DNA from: Patescibacteria group bacterium
GTDB lineage: Bacteria; Patescibacteriota; Dojkabacteria; GCA-002793355
Reading direction: 5' to 3'
NCBI GenBank assembly: GCA_016860985.1
Contig: BOKM01000001.1
Location: 463,462-527,461 of the forward strand
DNA: 64,000 nucleotides
Part shown: positions 10,294-20,045 of the stretch, piece by piece
Layout of the letters: each line of letters opens with the position of its first letter
How positions within the stretch are numbered: the first letter of the stretch is position 1
Notes under the pieces: generated by a model
What the model was told of the DNA's origin: nothing
What the model saw: the letters and a program-made list of their open reading frames with translations, nothing else
Database searches by the model: none
Position numbers and translations under genes: made by a program

Positions 10294-10699
10294 TGGAGGT
10301 GAGGGGAATCGAACCCCTGTTCAGCTATTCTAAAAAAGAAGTTTCTCCCAAAACAGTCTGAGTTGTTTACGAGATTATGCCTAAAAATCAGACAAAAAAG
10401 CATAACCCGCCCACACAAATACGATTCTGGCAACTCAGCGGAACTAGCGGCCAGTCGGCATGAACTTTCTTACTCCTGGCTCTCCGCTTGTCATGCGAAG
10501 GAGGAAAAGCCAGTTACGTCGAAATTAGACGTATGAGAATTGCATTGCTGGAGAAACAGCTTTGAGGGCTGAGTTCACGAACGATGCGATTTTCTCAGAA
10601 AGGGTTTGTTTGGCACTTTATGTGCTTTGATAGTTTAACGGGATATCAGCCCGTTTGGCTACTTCTTTCAACGAACAACCGTCTAAACCGATCACCCCC
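10294..10699 (-). ncRNA. ssrA: transfer-messenger RNA (tmRNA, SsrA)
   Basis: Minus-strand RNA starts 5'-GGGGGUGAUCGGUUUAGACGG (cf. E. coli GGGGCUGAUUCUGGAUUCGACGG). It ends ...CAGGGGUUCGAUUCCCCUCACCUCCA, with a T-arm GGTTCGATTCCCC. The 7-bp acceptor stem GGGGGUG/CACCUCC carries the G3:U70 alanine identity pair. Length is ~406 nt. The 3' CCA is not encoded. The tag reading frame was not resolved. Confidence 0.8.
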
Positions 10700-10740
10700 G
10701 GTTACGGAATAATGAATTATATCATTTTTCTGGGGTAAAA

Positions 10741-10749
10741 TGCTATAAT
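10741..10749 (+). promoter_or_regulatory. extended -10 element (TGcTATAAT) in the divergent tmRNA / ZIP-transporter intergenic region
   Basis: TGnTATAAT lies 23 nt upstream of the ZIP transporter ATG. On the opposite strand, a TATAAT sits ~16 nt upstream of the tmRNA 5' end. Confidence 0.35.
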
Positions 10750-10772
10750 ACCCATTATTTGACAACTATTAC

Positions 10773-11513
10773 ATGTCACCCTTTTGGCAAGCATTGTCGG
10801 GCATTCTCATCATCAGTTTTATACCTGTAGTTGGTGTTATAAGTCTGTGGCTCTCAAAAAAAACGCTGTCCCGTTATACGCATTTATTAGTGAGTTTTGC
10901 TGTAGGTGCACTTTTAGGAAATGCAATTATTCATCTACTCCCCGAAGTGTTTACAGAAGCAGAGAGAACCGAGATTGTACCCTTTCTCGTTATTGCTGGC
11001 ATACTTCTTTTCTATCTTTTGGAACAATTCCTGCGTTGGCACCATAGTCACGAACAACCCGAAACAGCAAAAGCACAATCAATCGCGACGATGAGCATTT
11101 TTGGCGATTCTGTTCATAACTTTCTTGATGGGCTTCTTATTGCCGGAAGTTTTATTGTTGATCCTCGTTTAGGGTGGTCTACCGTATTGGCAGTAATTCT
11201 TCACGAAATCCCACAGGAAATCGCGGACATAGGCATTCTTTTCTATGCAAAATGGCCTACTAAAAAAATACTCATTGCAAATATACTTTCAGGATTAATC
11301 GCTGGAGCCGGTGTTTTGGTCGGATTCATCGCAAATAATACATTTGAGGCGTTTGCGCCGTACTCGCTTGCTCTTACTGCAGGAGGGTTTATTTATATCG
11401 CGTGTACCGATCTTATTCCAGACCTTCACCAACACGGGGCAGAATCAACAAAAGAACGGCTAATCCAATTCTGTATGCTTCTTCTTGGATTAGGGCTTTT
11501 TGCGATACTCTAG
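10773..11513 (+). CDS. zupT: ZIP-family metal (zinc) transporter
   Basis: ZIP signatures 'HNFLDGLLIAGSF' and 'HEIPQEIADIGIL' with multiple TM helices. Confidence 0.85.
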   Translation: MSPFWQALSGILIISFIPVVGVISLWLSKKTLSRYTHLLVSFAVGALLGNAIIHLLPEVFTEAERTEIVPFLVIAGILLFYLLEQFLRWHHSHEQPETAKAQSIATMSIFGDSVHNFLDGLLIAGSFIVDPRLGWSTVLAVILHEIPQEIADIGILFYAKWPTKKILIANILSGLIAGAGVLVGFIANNTFEAFAPYSLALTAGGFIYIACTDLIPDLHQHGAESTKERLIQFCMLLLGLGLFAIL

Positions 11514-11522
11514 CCGACAAAC

Positions 11523-14498
11523 TTATTCAGTGAGTCGGACAATCACATCTTCATTCCGTACAATGGTCTTGACCCACTTATCACCTTCCAACACAAATTC
11601 CTGCTCCCGAAGAAGCTGCTCAGAAATGAGTGAGTTATTTGCTCTCGTCACTATAACTCTAACTACTTCTGGTTCGTACCCAGATTGTTTAAAAAGCGAG
11701 AGTTGCTGTGGAATTGTAGTCATTGTGAATTCCAGAGTAACGGGCTTTGTTTCCTGAATTGCGATAACGGTTTCGCCAAGCAAATAGGGCACCTCTTTTG
11801 AGGTTTTATAAAACATTGGCTGCTTTGTATAACCTGAAGATTGCAAATAACTGAACTCTTGCGGCACATATACCCTTTGCACATTCACGTATTTACCCTC
11901 TGGATATCCCTCGCTTTTACTTTCGTTTGTATAAAGCATTGTCATTGTGGCCTTTTTGGTAACTTCATTCACAATAATATCTGTTGAGCGCTTTATATAT
12001 CGGTTAGCTTTGTTTCCTCCCCAATTCCAATCTACAGCGAACAGTGCACGCTGCTCCGGCAGAATTTTTCTGTATGTGTCGTAATAATCAAGCACGCGAG
12101 AACGAACTTCGTTGTTTGTGGAGTACACCATTATCGAACGTTGAGCGATTGCGTTCAGTAGAACTGTGATAATCTGCTGCTTTTGAGCTGCAGGAGCATT
12201 TGCCATTTTTTCCAAGAATTTTGGCATAAAGGTTGCAACTGCCTTTGTTTTTTCTTGCGATCCAGGCACAAATTCGGAATGTAAAACCCCGACCTTATCG
12301 TAAAGATTCGCTGCGTTTACCTCGCCAAGATTCTCTATCTCCACTCCTCCAATTACAGACAGAATATTTTTAACTACCTGAAAGGTCAATGAGATTGTAA
12401 CGTCATTCGCGTTTGAGACGCTCGCTTGCTTCATTAATTCGGTAACTTGAGAAGATACTTCGGACATTTCTGGACTCCAGTTACTTAGTGATGCTTTAAC
12501 TGTTTTGACACCTAGAGCTTTTTGCATATCAATCGGTGCAGGAACTCCAGAAATCAAGCCATCTACGTTATAAATGTCGTTGACGATAAGTTGTCGAACT
12601 TGCCCATTTTCGATTCCGAGCAAAGCATAGTTAGTAAACCACCCTCCAGTCGAGCGCAATTCTGTTTCGTTTTGAATCATGAGAAAGTAATTTCTTCTTT
12701 CTTTGTATCCAAGTAGGTATGGAATAAGATCGTAGGATTTTGCTACTTCTTCGATTGCAGCTGTATAGCCTGCTGATAACTCTTTAATTTTGTACACGTA
12801 ATTGCGAACAGGAGATGGAAAATCTAAAGGATTGAGGCGCTGAATTCTTGAGTTCCCAATTTTTGCATCTTGTACAGCCTGAGTAACGGCTGTTTGTTTT
12901 GCCATAATTTGGTCAATCTCTGTAAAGTAGTCGCGCGACACTGTACCAGCAGGGTTATTAGGAGAAACCTCGCTAAAGCCCTTTAAAATTGCAATCGCAG
13001 GGGCAAGAGAGTCAAGTGTGGTAGCACCACTTTCAACAAGAGATTTTGCACCATACAAGGCATTAGCGCCATTTTCGTAGAGTGCAGCTGAAGCTGGAAT
13101 ATATTTATAGTAACCAACAGCTTTATAGTCAGAAATCAAGCCATCCATCAAATCGGGTAACTCTGATGCATAGTTCTTAAGATTTTGCGATTCAAGAGAG
13201 GCAACATCTCGAGAGAGTACACTCGCGATTCTTCCCATCTTATAAATAGTCACACCAGCATGCACATATGGTGTTGCCACAAAAAATACAAGAATAAAGA
13301 CGACAAGTGCAATAATTTGCTTTGCTTTTGCATCTTTTTGAACCTGAGACTTTTTCTTTGTACGAGGTTTTGTAAACGAAAGCACAAAGAGTACAGGTTC
13401 TAATACTAATTTTTTGTAGAGCAAGGCAAAGAGACTTTCAGAAGTATTACCAAAACTCTTCGAAACGGGCTGCTGTTTTTCAGTTGCTGGCGGCTGGGGT
13501 GCTACTCCCGCTACTGGCTTCCAAGGAACATTAAGTTGCGTTGCCATTGCATCAACTGTTTCTGCTAGTGCTTGTTCTAACGGAATTTGAGGTTCCCACC
13601 CAAGGCTCAATACAGAAGGAGCTAAACAAATTTCTTTAAGATGAGCAACCTTATCATGATCAGGCAATACTTCGTTGAAAACCACTTGCTTCTCTTCTGA
13701 GGTAAGCTCGAGTAATTGGTAGGCCAAACTTAGTGAAGTAAAGGGGTGATTATACGCAGCAAGGTAAGTTTTCCCTTTTGCCTCGGGCGAAAAAGCAGCT
13801 TTCAACACGGCATATACGGCATCTTCGGTATGAACCAAAAAGTTCTGCTGCATTCCATCGCCAAAAACGTTGATTTTGCTTCGCACAAGTACTTCTCGAA
13901 CTAAGCGGGCGGTATAGGTTGGCGATGCTAAATCAGAATCGTGACCAATAAGTTCACCAATTCTAACGATTCTAGCATTTACATTGTTTCTTTCGACATA
14001 TTCTTGGACCAACGATTCTGCATATTTTTGAATTTGTATATTCGACTCAGGAATTGCCTCCAAGAACTGACTAATATATCCAGAAGTAATGAGTGTAAAC
14101 GTTGCTTCAAAAGAAACCGTTAACTTCATGTACGCATCAATTCGGTTGGACTCCCTAATAAATTCTTTATGATCAATTTTGTCGATTTCCATACTTTCTG
14201 CAAGAACTTCAGGGTACGAGCTACCAGCAGAAAGTTGGGCAAGAAAATAATAGACGTAGTCAATCTTTTTGAACTTACCAATATTCTTAAAGGTACTTTC
14301 AGAATCCATAAATAAACAATCAGACCGGTTCAACAAGTCGCCGAGTAGCTGTCGTTTTCCTGGATTCAGTTTATCGATCAACAATAGACGGCTTCCCTGT
14401 TCCAATAGAATTCGTGCCAGTTTTATTGCAACTGGGTTCGCAATATTGACCAGTACGGTAATCGGTGCAGATGATTTTGTAAATTGGTCGATTGTCAT
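11523..14498 (-). CDS. large membrane protein: N-terminal NAD-dependent epimerase/dehydratase-like domain fused to a C-terminal DUF4012-type domain
   Basis: Residues ~1-330 resemble the SDR/epimerase fold but the glycine motif is degenerate (VLVNIANPVAIKLARIL). A single TM helix follows (IIALVVFILVFFVATPYV). The ~550-aa C-terminal domain (YFLMIQNETELRSTGGWFTNYALLG...) is recalled as DUF4012. Confidence 0.55.
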   Translation of the reverse strand: MTIDQFTKSSAPITVLVNIANPVAIKLARILLEQGSRLLLIDKLNPGKRQLLGDLLNRSDCLFMDSESTFKNIGKFKKIDYVYYFLAQLSAGSSYPEVLAESMEIDKIDHKEFIRESNRIDAYMKLTVSFEATFTLITSGYISQFLEAIPESNIQIQKYAESLVQEYVERNNVNARIVRIGELIGHDSDLASPTYTARLVREVLVRSKINVFGDGMQQNFLVHTEDAVYAVLKAAFSPEAKGKTYLAAYNHPFTSLSLAYQLLELTSEEKQVVFNEVLPDHDKVAHLKEICLAPSVLSLGWEPQIPLEQALAETVDAMATQLNVPWKPVAGVAPQPPATEKQQPVSKSFGNTSESLFALLYKKLVLEPVLFVLSFTKPRTKKKSQVQKDAKAKQIIALVVFILVFFVATPYVHAGVTIYKMGRIASVLSRDVASLESQNLKNYASELPDLMDGLISDYKAVGYYKYIPASAALYENGANALYGAKSLVESGATTLDSLAPAIAILKGFSEVSPNNPAGTVSRDYFTEIDQIMAKQTAVTQAVQDAKIGNSRIQRLNPLDFPSPVRNYVYKIKELSAGYTAAIEEVAKSYDLIPYLLGYKERRNYFLMIQNETELRSTGGWFTNYALLGIENGQVRQLIVNDIYNVDGLISGVPAPIDMQKALGVKTVKASLSNWSPEMSEVSSQVTELMKQASVSNANDVTISLTFQVVKNILSVIGGVEIENLGEVNAANLYDKVGVLHSEFVPGSQEKTKAVATFMPKFLEKMANAPAAQKQQIITVLLNAIAQRSIMVYSTNNEVRSRVLDYYDTYRKILPEQRALFAVDWNWGGNKANRYIKRSTDIIVNEVTKKATMTMLYTNESKSEGYPEGKYVNVQRVYVPQEFSYLQSSGYTKQPMFYKTSKEVPYLLGETVIAIQETKPVTLEFTMTTIPQQLSLFKQSGYEPEVVRVIVTRANNSLISEQLLREQEFVLEGDKWVKTIVRNEDVIVRLTE

Positions 14499-15265
14499 TA
14501 TTTTTCGAGATTCAGTTGATATTGATACAATTTTGATTCGATTGTAATTAATTTGTCGTCTACGACTGTAATATCAAGGAGCACCGGTTTATAGCCCACC
14601 TTTTCAAGAAGAAGTTGGTGTACTCCGGCAGGGATATTTTCGTTTATATACGGCGTCGTTCCAACTTGCTTTCCATCTACAGATACAGATACGCCCTGTG
14701 GCAATGCTTTTACAATTAACTGAGCATCTTCGGGTGACCTGTCTTGTGCAGAAATAATTGTATAACTAAAAAGGCTTGAGTCAGGAGCAATGTTCGTTTT
14801 TATAATTGTTGTATTTCCTGGAAATATTTCAAAGCCAAGCGATTGCTCTTTAAAATAATTATTCACGTTATCAACCGCTTGGATAGTAAGCGTGTGCTTA
14901 CCTGCTGGAATATTCTCTCCAGTGAAGGGGGTCTGTCCAAGTGTTTTGCCATCTAGTTGCAGCTGCGTACGAACATATTCAGAAGACACAATCAGCGTGC
15001 CATTCCCTTCTTGAATGGGTGCGAATAATTTTCGTACCGGATCAAGCACGCCACTCACACTAACTAAAACGACGAGCGCAAAAGCAAGAAGAGCAACCTT
15101 TAAACCATATTGTACGAACTTGATACCTTTTCTTGATGCAACACGCGTGGGATAAAGCCCAGCTTCGATTGATTCTGTTACCTGCTTTTGTTGCTGAACT
15201 TTGTAGGTCATTACTCGCTGTTCAGGGACTGATTCTTTTTTTTTGCGTGAACGAAAGAGAGGCAT
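14498..15265 (-). CDS. PEGA-domain protein, membrane anchored
   Basis: One TM helix followed by two PEGA repeats ('IPAGKHTLTIQA', 'IPAGVHQLLLEKVGYKP'). The start overlaps the stop of the upstream DUF4012 gene. Confidence 0.65.
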   Translation of the reverse strand: MPLFRSRKKKESVPEQRVMTYKVQQQKQVTESIEAGLYPTRVASRKGIKFVQYGLKVALLAFALVVLVSVSGVLDPVRKLFAPIQEGNGTLIVSSEYVRTQLQLDGKTLGQTPFTGENIPAGKHTLTIQAVDNVNNYFKEQSLGFEIFPGNTTIIKTNIAPDSSLFSYTIISAQDRSPEDAQLIVKALPQGVSVSVDGKQVGTTPYINENIPAGVHQLLLEKVGYKPVLLDITVVDDKLITIESKLYQYQLNLEK

Positions 15266-15357
15266 GAGTCAGTATAGCATTATATTGGGCAAAATATAAA
15301 GAAATCCTCTTTATAGTATAGTTGCGATTGGCCACATGTGTGCTTTGAAATGGGGAG

Positions 15358-16689
15358 TTATTTTTTAATCTGTGCACGAAAATCCTGTTCCATCACTTTC
15401 TTTCGATATTTGTTGGCAAAACGATGGGCTTCATCTCTAAGTTCACGCAAATGGAGGTAGCCAATATTTGATTTTTCAACTTTTGTGACTCGCCACTTAC
15501 CCTCGACCTTTTTTAGAAAAAAGTCATTTGGTTTAAAGATTCCTACGATAGGGACATTCTCAAATGGAGTACCTTTGACGGCATCAATAACAGCACCTAC
15601 TTGCCCCTTTCCACCATCGATCAGAAGCAAATCGGGTAATCGCCAGGCTCGCTTGATTCTTCGGCCTAGAATTTCTTTCATCATCCAAAAGTCCGAAATA
15701 CCTGTTGTATATTTAATTCTGAATTTTCGGTACTGATCTTTAGCTAGCTTTCCGCCCTCGCTCACAACCATAGAGCCTACAGTCCATTTTTCCATGATAT
15801 TTGAGATATCGTAGCATTCTATTCGTTCGGCGGAAGGAAGTTCCAAAAATTGCGCTATATCGTCAGCCCGCCGTTTGTACACATCCACCAAGAGGTTCGG
15901 GTTATCAACATACTGGTCAGGAAGAATACTCGCGGTTTCCAATTGATGTAACTTCGAAAGTGTATCTCTAATTTCTTTTGCTTTCTCGTAATCCTCGGTT
16001 TGCGCAAGCATCCTCATCTCTTTCTCTAGCTCCTCGATTGCGGTGGAATATCCTTTTTTTAGAAACATTTCTAAACCAAGAATATTCTTTCTATTTTCCT
16101 GATATTTAGCGATATCTCCACAGGCGCCGGTGCACAAACCAATATGCGCGTACATACAAGCTCGGTGCTGTTTTAATGATTGAGTAAGCTTGGTTTTAGG
16201 ATATTCACAATGAGGGTAAATTCGTCTTAAATGCTTTAGTACTTGGATGACGAGCGAACCATCAGGAAAAGGACCGTAAAAACGAGTCCTTTTCAAACTC
16301 CTTCCATGAACACCAAAAATTTTTGAAAATGTGTATTTCTTACCTTCGAATAAAACATCAAAATCTTGCACCGCAATATATTTATATGACTTATCGTCTT
16401 TTAACGAGATATTATAGTGTGGTTTATACCGTTTAATGAGCTCTGCTTCAAGTAAGAAGGCCTCGATTTCGGAGCGGACTTGAATAATATCGAGGTCAAC
16501 AATCTGCGACACAAGCGCTTCGGTTTTGGGACCTTTGTATGTATCTACGAAATAACTTGAAACACGATTTTTTAAGTTTTTTGCTTTACCAACATAAATA
16601 ATTTTCCGCTTTTCGTTGTAGTAAAGGTAACACCCTGCGGTGGTTGGAAGGTTGGCTAATTTTTTTTGGAGTTTTATTGAGAGTACCAC
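15358..16689 (-). CDS. uvrC: excinuclease ABC subunit C (short form lacking the C-terminal HhH domain)
   Basis: GIY-YIG 'GCYLYYNEKRKIIYVGKAKNLKNRVSSYF', a UVR motif (EDYEKAKEIRDTLSKLHQLE) and an RNaseH-like endonuclease region. At 443 aa, no (HhH)2 tail is present. Confidence 0.85.
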   Translation of the reverse strand: MVLSIKLQKKLANLPTTAGCYLYYNEKRKIIYVGKAKNLKNRVSSYFVDTYKGPKTEALVSQIVDLDIIQVRSEIEAFLLEAELIKRYKPHYNISLKDDKSYKYIAVQDFDVLFEGKKYTFSKIFGVHGRSLKRTRFYGPFPDGSLVIQVLKHLRRIYPHCEYPKTKLTQSLKQHRACMYAHIGLCTGACGDIAKYQENRKNILGLEMFLKKGYSTAIEELEKEMRMLAQTEDYEKAKEIRDTLSKLHQLETASILPDQYVDNPNLLVDVYKRRADDIAQFLELPSAERIECYDISNIMEKWTVGSMVVSEGGKLAKDQYRKFRIKYTTGISDFWMMKEILGRRIKRAWRLPDLLLIDGGKGQVGAVIDAVKGTPFENVPIVGIFKPNDFFLKKVEGKWRVTKVEKSNIGYLHLRELRDEAHRFANKYRKKVMEQDFRAQIKK

Positions 16690-16715
16690 AGAGAATTATA
16701 CTATTTCTCAATTGT

Positions 16716-16994
16716 TTACGAATCTTCGAGTTCTTGCTTGGCTGCTTCCCAATCCATGTTTGGAGTGACTGTGATTTGCAGACTCGTTCCATCGGCATTC
16801 AGTTGCCTTACATCAGTGACAACTTTACAAATTCTGTGTGCAAACTGACAACCCACACATCCCTGATCAGCAAGCACTTTATCTATTGCTGCTGCTTCAT
16901 CGGGAAGAAAGGGTGGTTCTCCTATTCCGACTCGATGAGTATTTTCTTCATTCTCACACGGCATTTTTTCTAAAATTTCCCATTCAGTAGCCAT
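16716..16994 (-). CDS. small hypothetical protein with a C-x32-C-x2-C-x6-C motif
   Basis: 92-aa acidic ORF wedged between uvrA and uvrC on the same strand. Cys at positions 13, 46, 49 and 56 could bind Zn or an Fe-S cluster. Confidence 0.4.
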   Translation of the reverse strand: MATEWEILEKMPCENEENTHRVGIGEPPFLPDEAAAIDKVLADQGCVGCQFAHRICKVVTDVRQLNADGTSLQITVTPNMDWEAAKQELEDS

Positions 16995-16997
16995 GTT

Positions 16998-19900
16998 TTA
17001 CTCCGCAATATCTAACTCTTTAAGCATCTTACCCGTCCAACTCCTTGGATTTCGTCTAATGTCACCTATTGTGCCTGTCGCTACGATTTCTCCACCACCA
17101 GTTCCACCTTCGGGACCTAAATCGATGAGATAGTCAGCTTCCGCGATAAAGTCGAGGTTATGTTCAATTACAAAAACACTATTCCCTGTCGCAACTAAGG
17201 TTTTTAATACTGCTACCAGTTTCTCAATATCTGCAAAATGCAGACCAGTAGTTGGTTCATCAAGGATGTAGATTGTTTTACCTGTCGAACGCCTTCCAAG
17301 TTCTGCTGATAACTTCACTCTTTGTGCCTCTCCACCCGACAACATTGGGGCTGGCTCTCCAAGCTTCAAATAGCCAAGCCCTACTTGCTGAAGCATTTCG
17401 AATTTTTCTCGAATCATCGAGATTTCTGAAAAGAAAGCAGCAGCTTCATCTACCGACATATCCAACACATCTGCAATATTCTTTCCTTTGTACAACACTT
17501 CTAGAACCTCAGACACATATCGCTTACCGTGACAAACATCACAGTCAATATACACATCGGGCATAAACTGCATTTCGATCTTTATCTTACCCTCTCCTTT
17601 ACAGGCTTCACAACGACCACCTTTCAGGTTGAAACTAAAGCGACTTGCGGTGTAACCTCGCACTTTGGAATCCTTTGTTTGAGCAAAAAGTTCTCGAATA
17701 TCGTCGAAAACCTTTGTGTATGTTGCAGGATTACTTCTTGGTGTTCTACCAATTGGCGACTGATCAATGTAAAGGAGCTTGTCAATAACATCCGATACGT
17801 ATAGGTTTCTGTATTCTGTGTCGGGGCTATCTGTTCTCAGACCAAGAGTCTTTTTGATAGCAGGCAACAAGGTTTCCACCACAAGGGAGCTCTTTCCTGA
17901 ACCTGAAACACCAGTTATTGCAACAAATTTTCCGAGCGGAAACTTAACCGTTACATCTTTTAGATTGTGTGTTTTTGCCCCAGAAAGCTCTAAATACCGG
18001 TCAGCTACGCGCATTCGGGCATGTGACGCAAGAGCATCGTTTAATTTTTTGTTCTTACCAAGCCCTAACTTCACGAGTTTTTCGACTTCTTTTGCAATTG
18101 TTTTCTTACCAGCTAAGTACGGGCCAGTTACAGATTCGGGGTTGTCCATAATCTCTTTTGGCGTACCCATAGCAACGATTTTTCCTCCACGATCTCCTGC
18201 ACCCTTACCAAAATCAAGTACAAGATCTGCATTCATCATGGTATCTCTGTCGTGCTCAACAACGATCACAGTATTTCCCAAATCACGAAGATGCTTTAAT
18301 GTCGCGATTAATCGATGTTGATCTCGTGCATGCAGCCCAATCGAAGGTTCATCTAGTACGTAAATTACCCCCGAAAGGCCTGTTCCAATCTGACTCGCAA
18401 GGCGAATTCGCTGTGCTTCTCCACCAGAAAGCGTAGTTGCAGTTCTACTCACGGTTAAGTATTCAAGCCCCACGTCTAATAGAAATTGCGAACGAAGGAG
18501 GATTTCTCGAATTACTGGTTGTGCAATTGTCTGAGCTTTTGAATCAAATTCTTTAATAAATCCCTTGGTCTCATCTGTAAACTCTTTGATGGTTAAATCG
18601 CAAAGCTGGGAGATATTTAGATTATTAATGGTTACCGCAAGCACAATATCTTTAAGCCTTGTTCCTTTACAAGTTGGGCACGTAACCGTACTCATAAACT
18701 TCTCAATTTCGGTTCGAATAAAATCTGAATTTGTTTCTTTATACCTGCGCTCTAAGTTCGGAATTATCCCCTCGTATTTGGCATGAAGCGAGCGTTCTGT
18801 TCCGTCTTGGCTCGAAAAGTACGTTACTTTGTACTTTTGATCTCCCGTTCCGTAAAGAATCAGGTGTAATTTACCCTCAGTAAGCATACTCACTGGCGTA
18901 TGAATCGAAATAGTGTGTGCATCACAGACTAGTTCAAGCAACCTTCTAAAGTAAGAATCTCTCTCAAGCATTTTTGCGTACGGCATGATGCCACCTGCAA
19001 GTATCGAACGCTTTCCGTCGATAATTCCCTCTGTTGATATCTTCTTTATAACGCCAAGTCCATCACATTCAGGGCAGGCACCGTGTGGGGAATTAAAGGA
19101 AAAATCTCTAGGTTCAAGATCAGGAACAGAAATACCGCATTTTTTACAACTTTTGGTAACGCTATAATCGTGGGAAAGTACTGAGGTTGGACGAGCAGGT
19201 ATTCCCGGTTGTGGATCTCTTATTTCTAAAATTCGAACAAAGGTTGGTTGAATTTTAAGTGCGGCCTCAACTGATTGAAATATTCTTGAGCGCATTTCTT
19301 TTAGCGCTTCTTCTGAATCAAAGAGCGTTTTGCTCACACTTAAGGTGTCGACTACTACTTCTATTTCGTGTTGCTTGTACTTGTCGAGCTGTGGCAACAT
19401 TAATTTCAAGTCAATATATTCACCATCAACTCGAACAACATTCCACCCCTGTTTTCGCAAGTTCATAAATACCTGCTCATATTCACCTTTTCTTCCAGAA
19501 ATTGGAACTGCGGTAATCATAAAGCGGAACCCAAATTTTTGAGTATTTTTATCGTTTTCGTATTCGCGTTTTATCTTCTGCAATAAACCATCTACTACCT
19601 GGTCAATTGTTTGGGAGGTAAGTACCGCCCCACATTGTGGACAATGCGCAACACCGACTCTCGCGTACAACAATCGTAGGTAATCATAGATCTCGGTGAT
19701 TGTACCAACAGTCGAACGAGGATTATGTGATACCGTTTTCTGGTCAATAGCTATAGAGGGTGACAATCCTTCAATTTTATCGACATCTGGCTTACGTAGT
19801 TCACCCAAGAATTGCCTTGCATATGCAGATAAGCTCTCCACATATTTTCGCTGGCCTTCGGCATAAATGGTATCCATTGCAAGTGAGCTCTTGCCAGACC

Positions 19901-20000
19901 CCGACAAGCCAGTAAAAACAATCAACTTGTTTTTTGGGATATCGACGTCAATATTCTTGAGATTGTTCTCGCGCGCACCGCGAATCGAGAGAAAGTCCAT
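16998..20000 (-). CDS. uvrA: excinuclease ABC subunit A
   Basis: Two ABC ATPase modules ('GLSGSGKSSLAMDTIYAEGQRKYVESLSAYARQFLG' and 'GVSGSGKSSLV'), zinc-finger Cys pairs and a length of 1000 aa. Confidence 0.95.
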   Translation of the reverse strand: MDFLSIRGARENNLKNIDVDIPKNKLIVFTGLSGSGKSSLAMDTIYAEGQRKYVESLSAYARQFLGELRKPDVDKIEGLSPSIAIDQKTVSHNPRSTVGTITEIYDYLRLLYARVGVAHCPQCGAVLTSQTIDQVVDGLLQKIKREYENDKNTQKFGFRFMITAVPISGRKGEYEQVFMNLRKQGWNVVRVDGEYIDLKLMLPQLDKYKQHEIEVVVDTLSVSKTLFDSEEALKEMRSRIFQSVEAALKIQPTFVRILEIRDPQPGIPARPTSVLSHDYSVTKSCKKCGISVPDLEPRDFSFNSPHGACPECDGLGVIKKISTEGIIDGKRSILAGGIMPYAKMLERDSYFRRLLELVCDAHTISIHTPVSMLTEGKLHLILYGTGDQKYKVTYFSSQDGTERSLHAKYEGIIPNLERRYKETNSDFIRTEIEKFMSTVTCPTCKGTRLKDIVLAVTINNLNISQLCDLTIKEFTDETKGFIKEFDSKAQTIAQPVIREILLRSQFLLDVGLEYLTVSRTATTLSGGEAQRIRLASQIGTGLSGVIYVLDEPSIGLHARDQHRLIATLKHLRDLGNTVIVVEHDRDTMMNADLVLDFGKGAGDRGGKIVAMGTPKEIMDNPESVTGPYLAGKKTIAKEVEKLVKLGLGKNKKLNDALASHARMRVADRYLELSGAKTHNLKDVTVKFPLGKFVAITGVSGSGKSSLVVETLLPAIKKTLGLRTDSPDTEYRNLYVSDVIDKLLYIDQSPIGRTPRSNPATYTKVFDDIRELFAQTKDSKVRGYTASRFSFNLKGGRCEACKGEGKIKIEMQFMPDVYIDCDVCHGKRYVSEVLEVLYKGKNIADVLDMSVDEAAAFFSEISMIREKFEMLQQVGLGYLKLGEPAPMLSGGEAQRVKLSAELGRRSTGKTIYILDEPTTGLHFADIEKLVAVLKTLVATGNSVFVIEHNLDFIAEADYLIDLGPEGGTGGGEIVATGTIGDIRRNPRSWTGKMLKELDIAE

Positions 20001-20045
20001 GAAGAGTATTATACAGGATTGTTCGAAAAAATGGAACTTATAACC

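Noticed and set aside
10784-11047. Alternate-frame ORF 10784-11047 inside the ZIP transporter gene
   Set aside because: It is in the same orientation but a different frame from a well-supported ZIP gene. It is Cys/Arg-rich noise.
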